Origin: a virus
IMG/VR virus record: IMGVR_UViG_3300005077_000565
Coordinates: 1 to 64,000 of that record
DNA length: 64,000 nt
Reading direction: 5' to 3' (one strand)
Notes under the pieces: model-generated
The model's database searches: none
Told to the model about the DNA's origin: nothing
The model's input: the letters and a program-made list of their open reading frames with translations, nothing else
Part shown: positions 17,899 to 27,311 of the stretch, one piece after another
How the letters are laid out: every line of letters starts with the position of its first letter
Position numbering within the stretch: the stretch's first letter is position 1
Translations under genes and position numbers: made by a program

Positions 17899-18099
17899 TT
17901 ATTCGGCTGTCTGACGCCCGTACATACTACTAAACTCACCGACTCGAACTTCGTGTTCTAGACGTTCTAGTTCACGTTTTTTTCTGAGTTTATTTAGGTG
18001 TTTTAGTGTTAGACGTACACGACGGGTATCATCTATGTTGGCAATCTGATGTCGGTCATCAGAAGCTTCATAGTACTCTCTTAGTTCCTGAAACCTCAT
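17899..18099 (-). CDS. small basic head-associated protein
   Basis: Coupled to the portal stop; MRFQELRE N-terminus; RLTLKHLNKLRK. Confidence 0.65.
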   Translation of the reverse strand: MRFQELREYYEASDDRHQIANIDDTRRVRLTLKHLNKLRKKRELERLEHEVRVGEFSSMYGRQTAE

Positions 18100-19790
18100 G
18101 GTTGCTCCTCTGTATTGTCTGCGGCACCGGCGTCACCAGATATTGGTGATGCACCAGTGTCTGCTGGTGCATCTTCTGGTTCACCTAGATCTATTTCCTG
18201 ACTGGCGGCATCAAAATCTGGACGTACGCCAACGCTGTTCAAACCACTAATTGCATCTTCGGATCGTGCAATTTTTCCAGCTGGATTTTCTTCTTTCCAG
18301 TAGCGTTCGTTTTCCAGTATTTCCTGTTCGGTCAATCCCAAGTACTTTCTTAGTATAAATCTACGACTTAGGTAGTTAATGCTGTCAACCTGAGAAAGTA
18401 CGTTTACACGTGCATTGTTAATTTCAATCTCACGATACTGACTAAAACTCTGCGGTTCTACAAATTTTATATCAAACAAATTACTTTCAATTTGTATTCC
18501 ACGATGCTTTAAGAACAACTTGAATTCGCGATCAAATCCCGGCTGAACAATACCCTGCAGACGCTGACAATATTGTGTGAACCGAAATTCCTGAATAAAA
18601 GCTGTGCCAACTCGACCATCGTTATAGCTAGCGGTGCCATCTTCGGGCCCAGTGGGTAGATAACTGCTGGGTACACGCAGGGCACGCATCATTTTGTTAG
18701 TGAAGAACTTTAAATCGTCAATTTCGCCTAGGTTGGTACCACCGGGTAAAACTTCTACCTTGGATCCACGACCATCAGCAGTCTGTGCGAAGAAATAATC
18801 TTCCATGATGCTCAGTGGATTGTACTGCGCATCCATGACGTTTTGTCCACCACCACTTTTGTTGGGTATACGGCGCTGATGAATCTCATTTTTTACACGC
18901 TCAATAAATCCATTGGCTTTATGTGCTGGCATGTTGCCAACGTCCACATAGAATACACGGCGCTCGGGTGCTCGCTGAACACGATAAATGATAATCGCGT
19001 CTTCCAGCAACTCTTTTTGTTTGTAGGTTTTAAAAATTGGGTCAAGTATACTTGTACCAAAAGGCCAGTTTTGATCCATGCCTTCGGTCATGGCTACATG
19101 TAGCACGTGCTCGCTATTGACTGCAAATTCACGATTTTCTAGTGTAGAAAAATTTCCACTGCTGGAACCAGCTGGATTTCGCCCCTGCAGCGATGCAAAT
19201 GCGCCGCTGCTACTACCACCTGAAAAACTGTTGTTATGTTCTAGCGGTGCAGTAGCAGTTTTATTCTGTAGATTTAAATCTAGATTTTTAAGAATATATT
19301 GCTCGGGTTTCTTGCCTTCGCTTTCGTTGACTACAACTTTAATGACATCCTGTGGATTTACGTAGCTTAGTACCCAGGTTTCAGGATCACGTATAAATGG
19401 CTGATCGCCATACTTGATAGCGTTCCTGAATGTACGAAATAGTCGTTTGTCCCAGTCATTGATGTTACACCACTGTTTTAGTGTCTGCTCTAAAATTTTA
19501 GCTTCGGTTTGACTGGGGTCTGATTTGTAGAAAATTTCAAAAGGTACACCGGATTCAGTGTTTAACTGTGTGCTGAATTCAGCAATGGTATCCAGTGCGG
19601 CATTAATTTCACTGTCCATGTCCATCTGATCGTACTGCATATAGCGTTCGACTCGGTTGGGCATACCACTGTAGACTTCAGGAAGCCAGCTCTGAAAACG
19701 GCTAGTAGTACCACTGCTACTAGCTGTTTTACTTGTATTTGTTTTTTCAGGCTTACCTTGGTAGACTGAAAAGTGTTTTTTCCATGACAT
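18096..19790 (-). CDS. gp20: portal protein (T4 gp20 family)
   Basis: LLEDAIIIYRVQRAPERRVFYVDVGNMP, EDYFF, LPGGTNLGEIDD, ALRVPSSYL. Confidence 0.95.
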   Translation of the reverse strand: MSWKKHFSVYQGKPEKTNTSKTASSSGTTSRFQSWLPEVYSGMPNRVERYMQYDQMDMDSEINAALDTIAEFSTQLNTESGVPFEIFYKSDPSQTEAKILEQTLKQWCNINDWDKRLFRTFRNAIKYGDQPFIRDPETWVLSYVNPQDVIKVVVNESEGKKPEQYILKNLDLNLQNKTATAPLEHNNSFSGGSSSGAFASLQGRNPAGSSSGNFSTLENREFAVNSEHVLHVAMTEGMDQNWPFGTSILDPIFKTYKQKELLEDAIIIYRVQRAPERRVFYVDVGNMPAHKANGFIERVKNEIHQRRIPNKSGGGQNVMDAQYNPLSIMEDYFFAQTADGRGSKVEVLPGGTNLGEIDDLKFFTNKMMRALRVPSSYLPTGPEDGTASYNDGRVGTAFIQEFRFTQYCQRLQGIVQPGFDREFKLFLKHRGIQIESNLFDIKFVEPQSFSQYREIEINNARVNVLSQVDSINYLSRRFILRKYLGLTEQEILENERYWKEENPAGKIARSEDAISGLNSVGVRPDFDAASQEIDLGEPEDAPADTGASPISGDAGAADNTEEQP

Positions 19791-19809
19791 AGTTTAGATC
19801 TCTATCCGC

Positions 19810-19838
19810 ATAATAAAGTATTTATCAGCATTTGTCAA
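19810..19838 (-). promoter_or_regulatory. nested promoter: sigma70-like TTGACA-N17-TATTAT with GATAAATA late motif in the spacer
   Basis: ttgaca aatgctGATAAATActt tattat upstream of the portal gene. Confidence 0.6.
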
Positions 19839-19844
19839 TACTGA

Positions 19845-22049
19845 TTAGCCCATTTGCTCAAGTTCAATCCTGGACTTACGTGTTTCAGTGAGTATCTGAT
19901 CTAGTTTTTCCACCATTAGCCCTAGTTGGCGATTAACATCGCTTTCGGGTTCGGGCTTATTTTTGTCGTTAAACCAGTTATCATATATGCCGTAGCCTAA
20001 GCCAACGGTACCACCAATGATAGCACCAGGTATAGCACCCACACCACCAAATGCTGAACCAATGGCTGCACCAGTACCGGCAAACCCTGCGACTGTGCCC
20101 AGTGTGCTAGCTGTTTTACCAGCGTTGGTGTCAGTGCCCAGGGCATCTGCAGCAAGACTTCCTGCTACACTGCCGGCTAGTCCTAGGCCGAGGCCACGAG
20201 CAGCTGCTGCGCCACTGGGCATGGCAAATCTTCTGGCTGCTGCTGCACGTCCAGATCTACTGGCTGCTGCACTGGCTGCTGGCCGGCGCCCAAATATTCG
20301 TTGAGCACCACGTGCAACACCTCGTCCGGCACGATATAGTTTGTAACCACCGTAGCCAGCTAGGCCGGCACCAGCTACTCCTAGCATGGGGTTTTCAGAG
20401 AAGAAGTCCATGCCAGCTCCACCAATACCTTCAAAAATTCCACGGTCCCCGCCGAAATTATCTGATATTCGGCGTAGAGCTGAAATTAATTCCTGGCCAC
20501 CGTTGTTGATGTTTACAGCTAGTTGATCTAGTACTGTATTAAGTGCGCTGGCCTTGATGTTGTTGGACATTTCTTCCAGTGTTGCCGGTAATGCCATGAT
20601 GGCGGTACGCTCAAATCCACCCAGTGCTTCGGCACGTGCGCCGGCAACTTCTCCAGCAGTGGCAAATTTACCACCCATGTTGGAACCACCAAGTATGCGA
20701 TTAATCATTGATGCAAATTCCATGGCATCAGCGTCGTTACGACTTAATGTTGAAATTGCCTGAAGCTGGCCTGCGCCCGGGGATCTACCTAGTTGTTGTA
20801 ACAGTGGTACCAGGGCATTAGAGAATTGTTCAGGTGTCATGGTCCTGTTCTCGAGGTTCTGTCTTATGAATCCTGAAATTCTATCCAGCGACTCACCAAA
20901 TTCAGCGCCACCGTAGGCTGCCATCTTACCGTATTTGCCACCTTCAATAGTTCTAAAATCCTGACCACTCATGGCACTGTACATCAGTGCGTTAGCTAGC
21001 CCAGTGTCGGCTTTACCAATAACGTCGGATATTGACGATAGTTTACCGCGTACTTCATTGGTCATCCGTCCCGACTGTTCAAAACTACGTGTCATTAGGC
21101 TTACACTGGTTTCAGTCATAGTTTCCTGACGTCGCTTGAGCATTTCACGACGATCTTGTCCAGTTAATGCAGCCAGCGCTGATGTTTCTTTGAGAAGATT
21201 ATTCATACCGCCGGCTACTTGTGCTGTTATTTGTGCTGTGGTCTGGCCAGACAACCGTCGCAGTTCAATTTCCTGCGCCAGTACTTGATTCATTTCTTCG
21301 TTGCTTAGACCAAAATAATTAAACTGTCTTGCGGTGTCACGCACACGCTTGCTTAATCTTGAAAATTCCAGTGCACCGTCGGTGGTGTTACGTCCTAGAC
21401 TGTTGACCGCTTCACTGTTTTCAATTATGACTTTACCAAACTTGGCCATGTCCAGTCCGGCGTCTGCGGCTGCACTGCGCAGATCATTCAATTTAGTCCC
21501 CAGACCAGCGCCCACGGAGCTCATGTCACTCAGTGCTTTACCAAACTCCTCGACAATACCGGCCATGGCGCCAAATGCTGTACCCAGACCCACAACACCG
21601 CCGATGGCACCAGCAATGTCCTTGAGGCTGCCGGTTTTAAGTCCAGCTGCTAGTTTTCCAGTGAACTCAGAAGCACCACGTTTCATGCTGTCGCCGGATT
21701 TTTTCATGATACTCATGAACTTTTGTTCATTTTCTCGCTGTTTCTTGGCCCATTCGCGACGTGCTTTGGATTCAGATGTGGCCTGTTCTCTGGCTTTCTT
21801 TTCTTCGGCAGTTAGATTTTTTATAGCCTTGGTGGTTGACTGCATGCCAGTGGTCACTGACTTCAACAAATCGGCATTCTGTTTGAGTACTTTGTTGCTG
21901 TAGACTTTGTCGTTACGCAACATTGCTTCGAGATTTTTAATTATCTGCGCATCGGTTACAATTAGTTTATCAAGTTGTTCCTTGGTGGCCCAGGCCGGCA
22001 CTGACACCGATGACCCGCCAATTTCAAATTTATAATTTTCTTTTGCCAT
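19845..22049 (-). CDS. tape measure-like protein (gp29-like)
   Basis: Helical A/G/S-rich protein with hydrophobic Gly-rich segments; divergent from gp26-like chaperone; ATG at 22049 follows GGTGA (track starts at TTG 22058). Confidence 0.6.
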   Translation of the reverse strand: MAKENYKFEIGGSSVSVPAWATKEQLDKLIVTDAQIIKNLEAMLRNDKVYSNKVLKQNADLLKSVTTGMQSTTKAIKNLTAEEKKAREQATSESKARREWAKKQRENEQKFMSIMKKSGDSMKRGASEFTGKLAAGLKTGSLKDIAGAIGGVVGLGTAFGAMAGIVEEFGKALSDMSSVGAGLGTKLNDLRSAAADAGLDMAKFGKVIIENSEAVNSLGRNTTDGALEFSRLSKRVRDTARQFNYFGLSNEEMNQVLAQEIELRRLSGQTTAQITAQVAGGMNNLLKETSALAALTGQDRREMLKRRQETMTETSVSLMTRSFEQSGRMTNEVRGKLSSISDVIGKADTGLANALMYSAMSGQDFRTIEGGKYGKMAAYGGAEFGESLDRISGFIRQNLENRTMTPEQFSNALVPLLQQLGRSPGAGQLQAISTLSRNDADAMEFASMINRILGGSNMGGKFATAGEVAGARAEALGGFERTAIMALPATLEEMSNNIKASALNTVLDQLAVNINNGGQELISALRRISDNFGGDRGIFEGIGGAGMDFFSENPMLGVAGAGLAGYGGYKLYRAGRGVARGAQRIFGRRPAASAAASRSGRAAAARRFAMPSGAAAARGLGLGLAGSVAGSLAADALGTDTNAGKTASTLGTVAGFAGTGAAIGSAFGGVGAIPGAIIGGTVGLGYGIYDNWFNDKNKPEPESDVNRQLGLMVEKLDQILTETRKSRIELEQMG

Positions 22050-22069
22050 TTTCACCAATTAACTACGTA

Positions 22070-22114
22070 GATAAATAATTTTATCACAGTAACTTACTTA
22101 TGTTACTATTTAGC
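22070..22114. promoter_or_regulatory. face-to-face late promoters (GATAAATA + at 22070-22077; GCTAAATA - at 22107-22114)
   Basis: Motifs point toward each other with an agtaac...gttact inverted repeat between them. Confidence 0.55.
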
Positions 22115-22124
22115 GAGAACAGAA

Positions 22125-22967
22125 ATGACAGATAATCCATTAAAGACACTATATCGTAAGAAGAGCGTGTATATTTCATTGCCCAGCAACGGAAAATACT
22201 ACAACGGCGGTATCGCGCTGAGTGTTGACAATGAACTGGGCGTCATGCCCATGACAGCCTCCGACGAAATATTAATCAAAACACCGGATGCACTGTTCAA
22301 CGGTGAAGCCATCATTGGTCTAATTCGTAGCTGCGCACCGGACATTGCTCGACCCGAGGAAATGCCCAGTTGCGATCTAGACCTAGTACTGCTGGCTATA
22401 CGTCTAGCCACTAGTGGTGATAAACTAGAAGTATCCAGCACCTGCCCCAACTGCAACAGCGAAGATACATATGATGTTAGTCTGAGTCACATGATCGGAA
22501 CCGCTAAAAAGATCAACCCAGACAACCAAGTAGTTATTGATGAAAATACCACTGTGACAGTTCGTCCATACTCACTGCGCAGTCAGATGAAGGGCCAGGT
22601 TCAGAAATTCCATAATTATCGCATGCAACTGGCATTGAACGAAGATATCGACGAACAGGAAAAGGCTAAAATTTTCAATCAGGCACTGCTGGTAGCCAGT
22701 TCAATCAGTGTCCAGCTGGTAGCTGATAACATCACACGTGTAGTGGTTAAAAACGCAGAAACCGGTGAGGAAACATCGGTGACTAATCCCGATCATATTT
22801 TTGAATGGGTGGAAAATATGGACAGTGTAACCTATGAGAAGATCATCGAGCGCATTCGTTCGCTGAGTGACCCGCAACTGGATACCAGCATACACTTAAA
22901 ATGTGGTAATTGTCAGCATGAATACGACACCAGTGTCGAACTGAATCCCATGAATTTTTTCATATAA
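22125..22967 (+). CDS. gp26: baseplate hub/tape-measure assembly chaperone (T4 gp26-like)
   Basis: YISLPS.G..Y, PMTASDE, DLDLVLLAIRLAT.G, two CxxC motifs (CPNC, CGNC), ends in NFF. Confidence 0.75.
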   Translation: MTDNPLKTLYRKKSVYISLPSNGKYYNGGIALSVDNELGVMPMTASDEILIKTPDALFNGEAIIGLIRSCAPDIARPEEMPSCDLDLVLLAIRLATSGDKLEVSSTCPNCNSEDTYDVSLSHMIGTAKKINPDNQVVIDENTTVTVRPYSLRSQMKGQVQKFHNYRMQLALNEDIDEQEKAKIFNQALLVASSISVQLVADNITRVVVKNAETGEETSVTNPDHIFEWVENMDSVTYEKIIERIRSLSDPQLDTSIHLKCGNCQHEYDTSVELNPMNFFI

Positions 22968-22988
22968 GGGCCGCGGGGATGTCCCCGT
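22955..22988 (+). other. putative -1 programmed ribosomal frameshift signal (T TTT TTC plus hairpin gcgggg-atgt-ccccgt)
   Basis: X XXY YYZ heptamer in the correct phase just before the stop; the -1 frame is open into 22979..23194. Confidence 0.65.
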
Positions 22989-23194
22989 CTGAATTAAAGC
23001 AATATACCGACGAACTGACGGCCCAGATTAAATCATATGAACGGGGATTAATTGAATTAGCCATATATTCCAATGGCAGTGTAACCTATGCTGATCTACT
23101 GAATATGACTGTCAGTCAGATAGAGGTATACGAAAAATCCTTAAATGCCAAGATTAAATTCGATCGAGGGATTAAAACACAACAGATGTTATAA
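22979..23194 (+). CDS. gp51-like small assembly protein / frameshift extension of gp26
   Basis: In the -1 frame relative to the upstream gene; SVTYADLLNM motif; position. Confidence 0.6.
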   Translation: MSPSELKQYTDELTAQIKSYERGLIELAIYSNGSVTYADLLNMTVSQIEVYEKSLNAKIKFDRGIKTQQML

Positions 23195-23199
23195 TCTTA

Positions 23200-23680
23200 C
23201 TCACGGTGTCTACGACACCGGAAATTTCGCTATCGCTCAATTTCATTTTTAACTTACTCGACGTTTATTTTATTTTGTCTGATTGTGGATAATTGATATC
23301 AGACATATTATTAATTTAATATTCGATTTTACCATGAAGTCCAGTCACACTTAGCCTGATCGGCCAAGTGTTACCCAAACAAATGCTTTACCATTCATCC
23401 ATAGCCACACCACAATTCGAAAAACCTTTGTAACGTAAGGTGAAGGGCGGTTATGCGGTACCCTTTTACAATCTGCTTATAACGCAGGAACACAGCTGAC
23501 CAATTGTGGCGATCATGCTGCTACCCGTGGGTTCCAATAGTCCAGGAGAGCCCACTCATTTTCGGTTTGTCAAACCAACGCATTGACTTGCAACAACGTC
23601 ACACCCATCGGCTACGAGCCTTACCTCGGCAGAATCTTGACGGGTCGAGCTGCCTCGACCAAACAAAGTTGCTATGATTG
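23200..23680 (-). ncRNA. candidate large structured non-coding RNA (family unassigned; strand inferred from the upstream operon)
   Basis: About 490 bp without an ORF; many stems, e.g. ggtcgag/ctcgacc 23643-23660, 23347-23371, cggtgtc/gacaccg 23204-23220, long-range ccacaatt/aattgtgg. Confidence 0.6.
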
Positions 23681-23687
23681 TATTAAA

Positions 23688-24206
23688 TTATTTGCCAGTA
23701 CAGTTATTGCGGAATGAGTCTTTGTTGAGTTCAAAAAAGTCTTCAAAACATGTAATGCGCCAGGATGTGCCTAGGGAGTCTGTATAGTCTAGAGATCTAT
23801 TGGTTTTATAAGTTTTTGGGAGTTGGAATGCCACGAACCTGCCCTTGCGGTTGAATTTCATAAACAAAATGTTTACGTCATTAACATCAGAACTAGCATC
23901 TTTGATCTGCTCAATCCAACCTTCGAGAAGTGTAATGGGTTCATTAATTAAAAGCCTGTGAAACGGGAAGTCTGCATAATTCTTACACTCGACATTGAAC
24001 AACTTCCAATCGTCGGGTGGAATTATGTCCCCCTTGTGTGCCCTGATTTGCCCTTCAGTCAAACGATCGCGGCGATGAGCATTCTTACCGCCGGTAAACG
24101 CACCCGAGTCCGGTACTCGGGTAAAGCTGTCCTCATAGAGATCTGACAGGAAATTAGCAACCTCCCGTTCAAAACCCTTGCCTTTACTTTTGCTTTTACT
24201 TGCCAC
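23688..24206 (-). CDS. Holliday junction resolvase-like PD-(D/E)XK nuclease (Hjc-like)
   Basis: KGKGFEREVA...RVPDSGA...GDII...VECK. Confidence 0.8.
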   Translation of the reverse strand: MASKSKSKGKGFEREVANFLSDLYEDSFTRVPDSGAFTGGKNAHRRDRLTEGQIRAHKGDIIPPDDWKLFNVECKNYADFPFHRLLINEPITLLEGWIEQIKDASSDVNDVNILFMKFNRKGRFVAFQLPKTYKTNRSLDYTDSLGTSWRITCFEDFFELNKDSFRNNCTGK

Positions 24207-24537
24207 GCTTGCTTATTTTTTCTAAAATGTGAATGCCAATATCGTTGACATTGTATATTTTCCTATGTCCAGTATAACGCTTTTTTACTTCGTTGTCACG
24301 TGGTCTTTCGAAAATTGTTGATAGGTCATCAGAAGACAGTATACCTGAATTTATATATTGTTCATATAAATCAGTGGTGCGCTGTGCACTGCTGACGTAC
24401 TTATATTCGGTCTCATGAAATGTCACTGATTTGGGTGGAATTTCTAAAGTCTGACCAGAATCTAGGTCAGTTAAGATTATTCGTTCCTGATCACTGCTCG
24501 ACATAATCGGTATCCGAATTAAACGTAGTAAAACCAT
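24196..24537 (-). CDS. hypothetical protein (true start probably at MSSSDQ)
   Basis: Fills the gap between gp46 and the resolvase, overlapping both. Confidence 0.55.
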   Translation of the reverse strand: MVLLRLIRIPIMSSSDQERIILTDLDSGQTLEIPPKSVTFHETEYKYVSSAQRTTDLYEQYINSGILSSDDLSTIFERPRDNEVKKRYTGHRKIYNVNDIGIHILEKISKRGK

Positions 24538-26266
24538 TTTCTTTTACAACTTGTAGTGTATGGCTTACACGCCCCACTAGTTCGTCGCGATGGCTGATCA
24601 GGAAGATATTTTTATTTCTTTCACGAACCATACGTTTCAATACACCCAGTGCTGATTCAACACCGTTGCTGTCCATGCCACTGTCGATTAATTCGTCAAT
24701 GACCATGAAGTTGATGGGAGTATTCATACTTTCAAATACATCACGGAAACTCCAGCTTAGACCCAGGATCAGACGATTGCGTTCTCCGCGACTTAGGTTA
24801 TCAAAATCTAATTCTCGACCCAGCTCGGTGATTTCCACCGCTAGATCTGGTTTGAACTGAACTTCGTGCGGTAATCCCAACTTGGTCAGATAGTAGCCGA
24901 GTCGTGTGTTAAGATATGATAGATTTTGTTCAATAATGCGTTTACGGATAAAGCTGTCTTTATTAGTCAACAGCTTCATCAAAAATTCCTGGTGCTCACG
25001 CAGACGATTCAACTCGTTCATGATATTCCAGTCCACGGTCTGCAAACCTTCGTTCTGCAATGATTCAATCTGATCAGTATAAGGGTCAGTTTCTTCTAAC
25101 TTGTGTGTAAGTTGCGCTTGAAGTTGGATGACTTTATTCTTATGGTCATGTGCATCTGCAATGTTTTCATAAAATGTTTCCGGTGCAGCACCAGTGTCAC
25201 CCAGTAGACCTAATGCAGAATTTAATTCATCCAGCGTAGTATTGTTAGTGATTAATTGTTGCTCGGCATCAGACAGCGTGGATTGTTTACTGACTAAAAT
25301 TTCATTCTGTTTCTGATCGTGCATCTGGCCACCACATGCATAACATTTATGATCTAGTAATAGTTCGATTTCACGTTTTAGTTTTTCGATAAGTTTTTCC
25401 TGGCGTGCAGAATCAGCTTTGTTGTTGTTGATCTGTGTGGTCAGTTGGCGTCGGCGTTCCACATTAATGTGGTAAACTGCCAACTGTGCGTGCGCCGCTA
25501 ATTCAGCATCAATATCCAAGTGCTCTAGTGCACTTATGGCCTCCTGAAGACTGCTGATGTCAGTCACACGTTTTTCAGACCAGACACGCTGACGTCGTTC
25601 CAGATCTTTAATACTTTTCTGAATCGCAATATTAGCTTCCTCAATACCTTTGATTCTATATTCTTCTTCTTTGATGGCGTCCTTGGTGTCCTTCATCTGC
25701 TCTTTGAGCACGTTGGCCTTCTCACTGAGCATGGTGATACCCAGTAGCTGTTCGATGATATCTCGCTGATCATTGGCACGCATACTCAGGAAAGGCTCAG
25801 TGTAGGTATTAAGTGCCAGCACATGCTTGAACATAGTATGCCCAAGCCCAAAAATCTTTTCAATCTCTACCTGTGTTAAGCGACCTTCGCCCTGAATTTC
25901 ATCAGTAGCACCATCATGGAATTCGTGGTTATTGACTATGAATTTAAAAATATTAGGCTTACGACCGCGTTCAATGCGGTATTCGACCCCGTCCTTTTCA
26001 AAGTCAACAGTAACCAACATACCTTTGTTGTTAGTTTTATTAATTAAGTTGTCTTTTTTAATGTTAGTCAGCGCCTGGCCGTACAGTGCGTAACTTAGTG
26101 CGTTGACAATGGTGGTCTTGCCGGTGCCGTTACGACTCCCGTCACCACCTAGATCAACGTTGTTGCCTAGAACCAGGGTAAGTCCAGCATCGGTAAATCT
26201 CACTGCCTGAGTCACGTTACCGATTGACATGAAATTTTTTGCGGTAATTGCTTTGATATTAATCAT
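24491..26266 (-). CDS. gp46: recombination endonuclease ATPase subunit (gp46/Rad50/SbcC-like)
   Basis: KNFMSIG, Walker A NGTGKTT, zinc hook CYAC, signature LSRGE, Walker B VIDELID, ISH. Confidence 0.95.
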   Translation of the reverse strand: MINIKAITAKNFMSIGNVTQAVRFTDAGLTLVLGNNVDLGGDGSRNGTGKTTIVNALSYALYGQALTNIKKDNLINKTNNKGMLVTVDFEKDGVEYRIERGRKPNIFKFIVNNHEFHDGATDEIQGEGRLTQVEIEKIFGLGHTMFKHVLALNTYTEPFLSMRANDQRDIIEQLLGITMLSEKANVLKEQMKDTKDAIKEEEYRIKGIEEANIAIQKSIKDLERRQRVWSEKRVTDISSLQEAISALEHLDIDAELAAHAQLAVYHINVERRRQLTTQINNNKADSARQEKLIEKLKREIELLLDHKCYACGGQMHDQKQNEILVSKQSTLSDAEQQLITNNTTLDELNSALGLLGDTGAAPETFYENIADAHDHKNKVIQLQAQLTHKLEETDPYTDQIESLQNEGLQTVDWNIMNELNRLREHQEFLMKLLTNKDSFIRKRIIEQNLSYLNTRLGYYLTKLGLPHEVQFKPDLAVEITELGRELDFDNLSRGERNRLILGLSWSFRDVFESMNTPINFMVIDELIDSGMDSNGVESALGVLKRMVRERNKNIFLISHRDELVGRVSHTLQVVKENGFTTFNSDTDYVEQ

Positions 26267-27288
26267 AGATTTGCGTAAATGTCCATCAATAGTTTACTGT
26301 TGATAATTTCACTGTCAACCGCTTTAAGTTGATTGTATACAATCTGATCCACGTTTTCTACTTCAATATCACCGTCGGTGCGCCACTCAGTGGAATGCTC
26401 TTCTTTCTTAGCCGGCAGCAGACTGATTTCTCGAAGTTCGTATTGTTGAGCAAAAGTTTCTTTAATGAAGTTTGCCTCTTCGTAGCTAATGGGGACATCC
26501 AGCGTGACACGACAATGTGTGTTTCGATTCAAATATTCGCCGGGATTATCAATGAGCTTGCTCAATGGTAGAGTACGATAACGTGGTGCATCCGGCCAGT
26601 TACGGTATTCAGGGACACCACCCCACTCTAAAATCATCATACCACGTTCGTCATCCCAGGCATCTGCATAATTGTGTGGAAACGGATTACCGATATAGTG
26701 CACTTTTCCATTAGACTGGCGTTTGTGAAAGTGCCCACTAAACACATAGTCCGGGGACTCGAAATGGCTGTGATTTAAGCCGCCGTGGTCAGGCATTTCC
26801 ACCATGGCGTTCATCTTGAAGTGGGGCAGTTCGAAATGTCCAAACACATACTTGGATTTTAGACGCGGCATTTTACGCCACTCTTCTTCCACCAACCAGG
26901 GAACAATCGCCACACCATCGCGCTCGACAATGGCATCGTTCACCACATGCACATTACTGTGTAAACTAGCATAGGGCATACTATGAATTTCACGCTTTTC
27001 ACGATAATATAGATCGTGGTTACCCATGATCAAATAGACATCCTCAAAGGCTTCACTCAATCGCTTGATATTGGGTACTGTGTAATTAAGTGTACTTACA
27101 TTAACAGTACTACGATGATGGTGCCAGTCTCCTAGAAATATACAGGTTTCACAACCAGCTTCCTTGGCCTGTTCGATGAACCAGTAGATAAAACGCTCAC
27201 AGTCGTCGTTGTGTTGTCGGCTGTTGTTTTTATTACCAAAATGAATGTCAGTGAAACACGCTACTTTTTTAAAGAATGTCTTGCTCAT
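26263..27288 (-). CDS. gp47: recombination endonuclease nuclease subunit (gp47/Mre11/SbcD-like)
   Basis: TDIHFG, LGDW, GNHD, GHF, SGHFH metallophosphoesterase motifs. Confidence 0.95.
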   Translation of the reverse strand: MSKTFFKKVACFTDIHFGNKNNSRQHNDDCERFIYWFIEQAKEAGCETCIFLGDWHHHRSTVNVSTLNYTVPNIKRLSEAFEDVYLIMGNHDLYYREKREIHSMPYASLHSNVHVVNDAIVERDGVAIVPWLVEEEWRKMPRLKSKYVFGHFELPHFKMNAMVEMPDHGGLNHSHFESPDYVFSGHFHKRQSNGKVHYIGNPFPHNYADAWDDERGMMILEWGGVPEYRNWPDAPRYRTLPLSKLIDNPGEYLNRNTHCRVTLDVPISYEEANFIKETFAQQYELREISLLPAKKEEHSTEWRTDGDIEVENVDQIVYNQLKAVDSEIINSKLLMDIYANL

Positions 27289-27311
27289 TTATGTGTGTAT
27301 GTTAAAGTGAT

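Noticed and set aside
14336-21903. Plus-strand ORFs such as 14336..14752, 15759..16094, 17052..17651 and 21334..21903
   Set aside because: Antisense shadows of well-supported head and tape-measure genes, with low-complexity translations
23200-23680. tRNA, tmRNA, RNase P RNA or group I intron
   Set aside because: No T-loop/acceptor pattern, no RNase P P4 signature, no matching P7 pair (only an isolated atagtcc), and no interrupted gene flanks it
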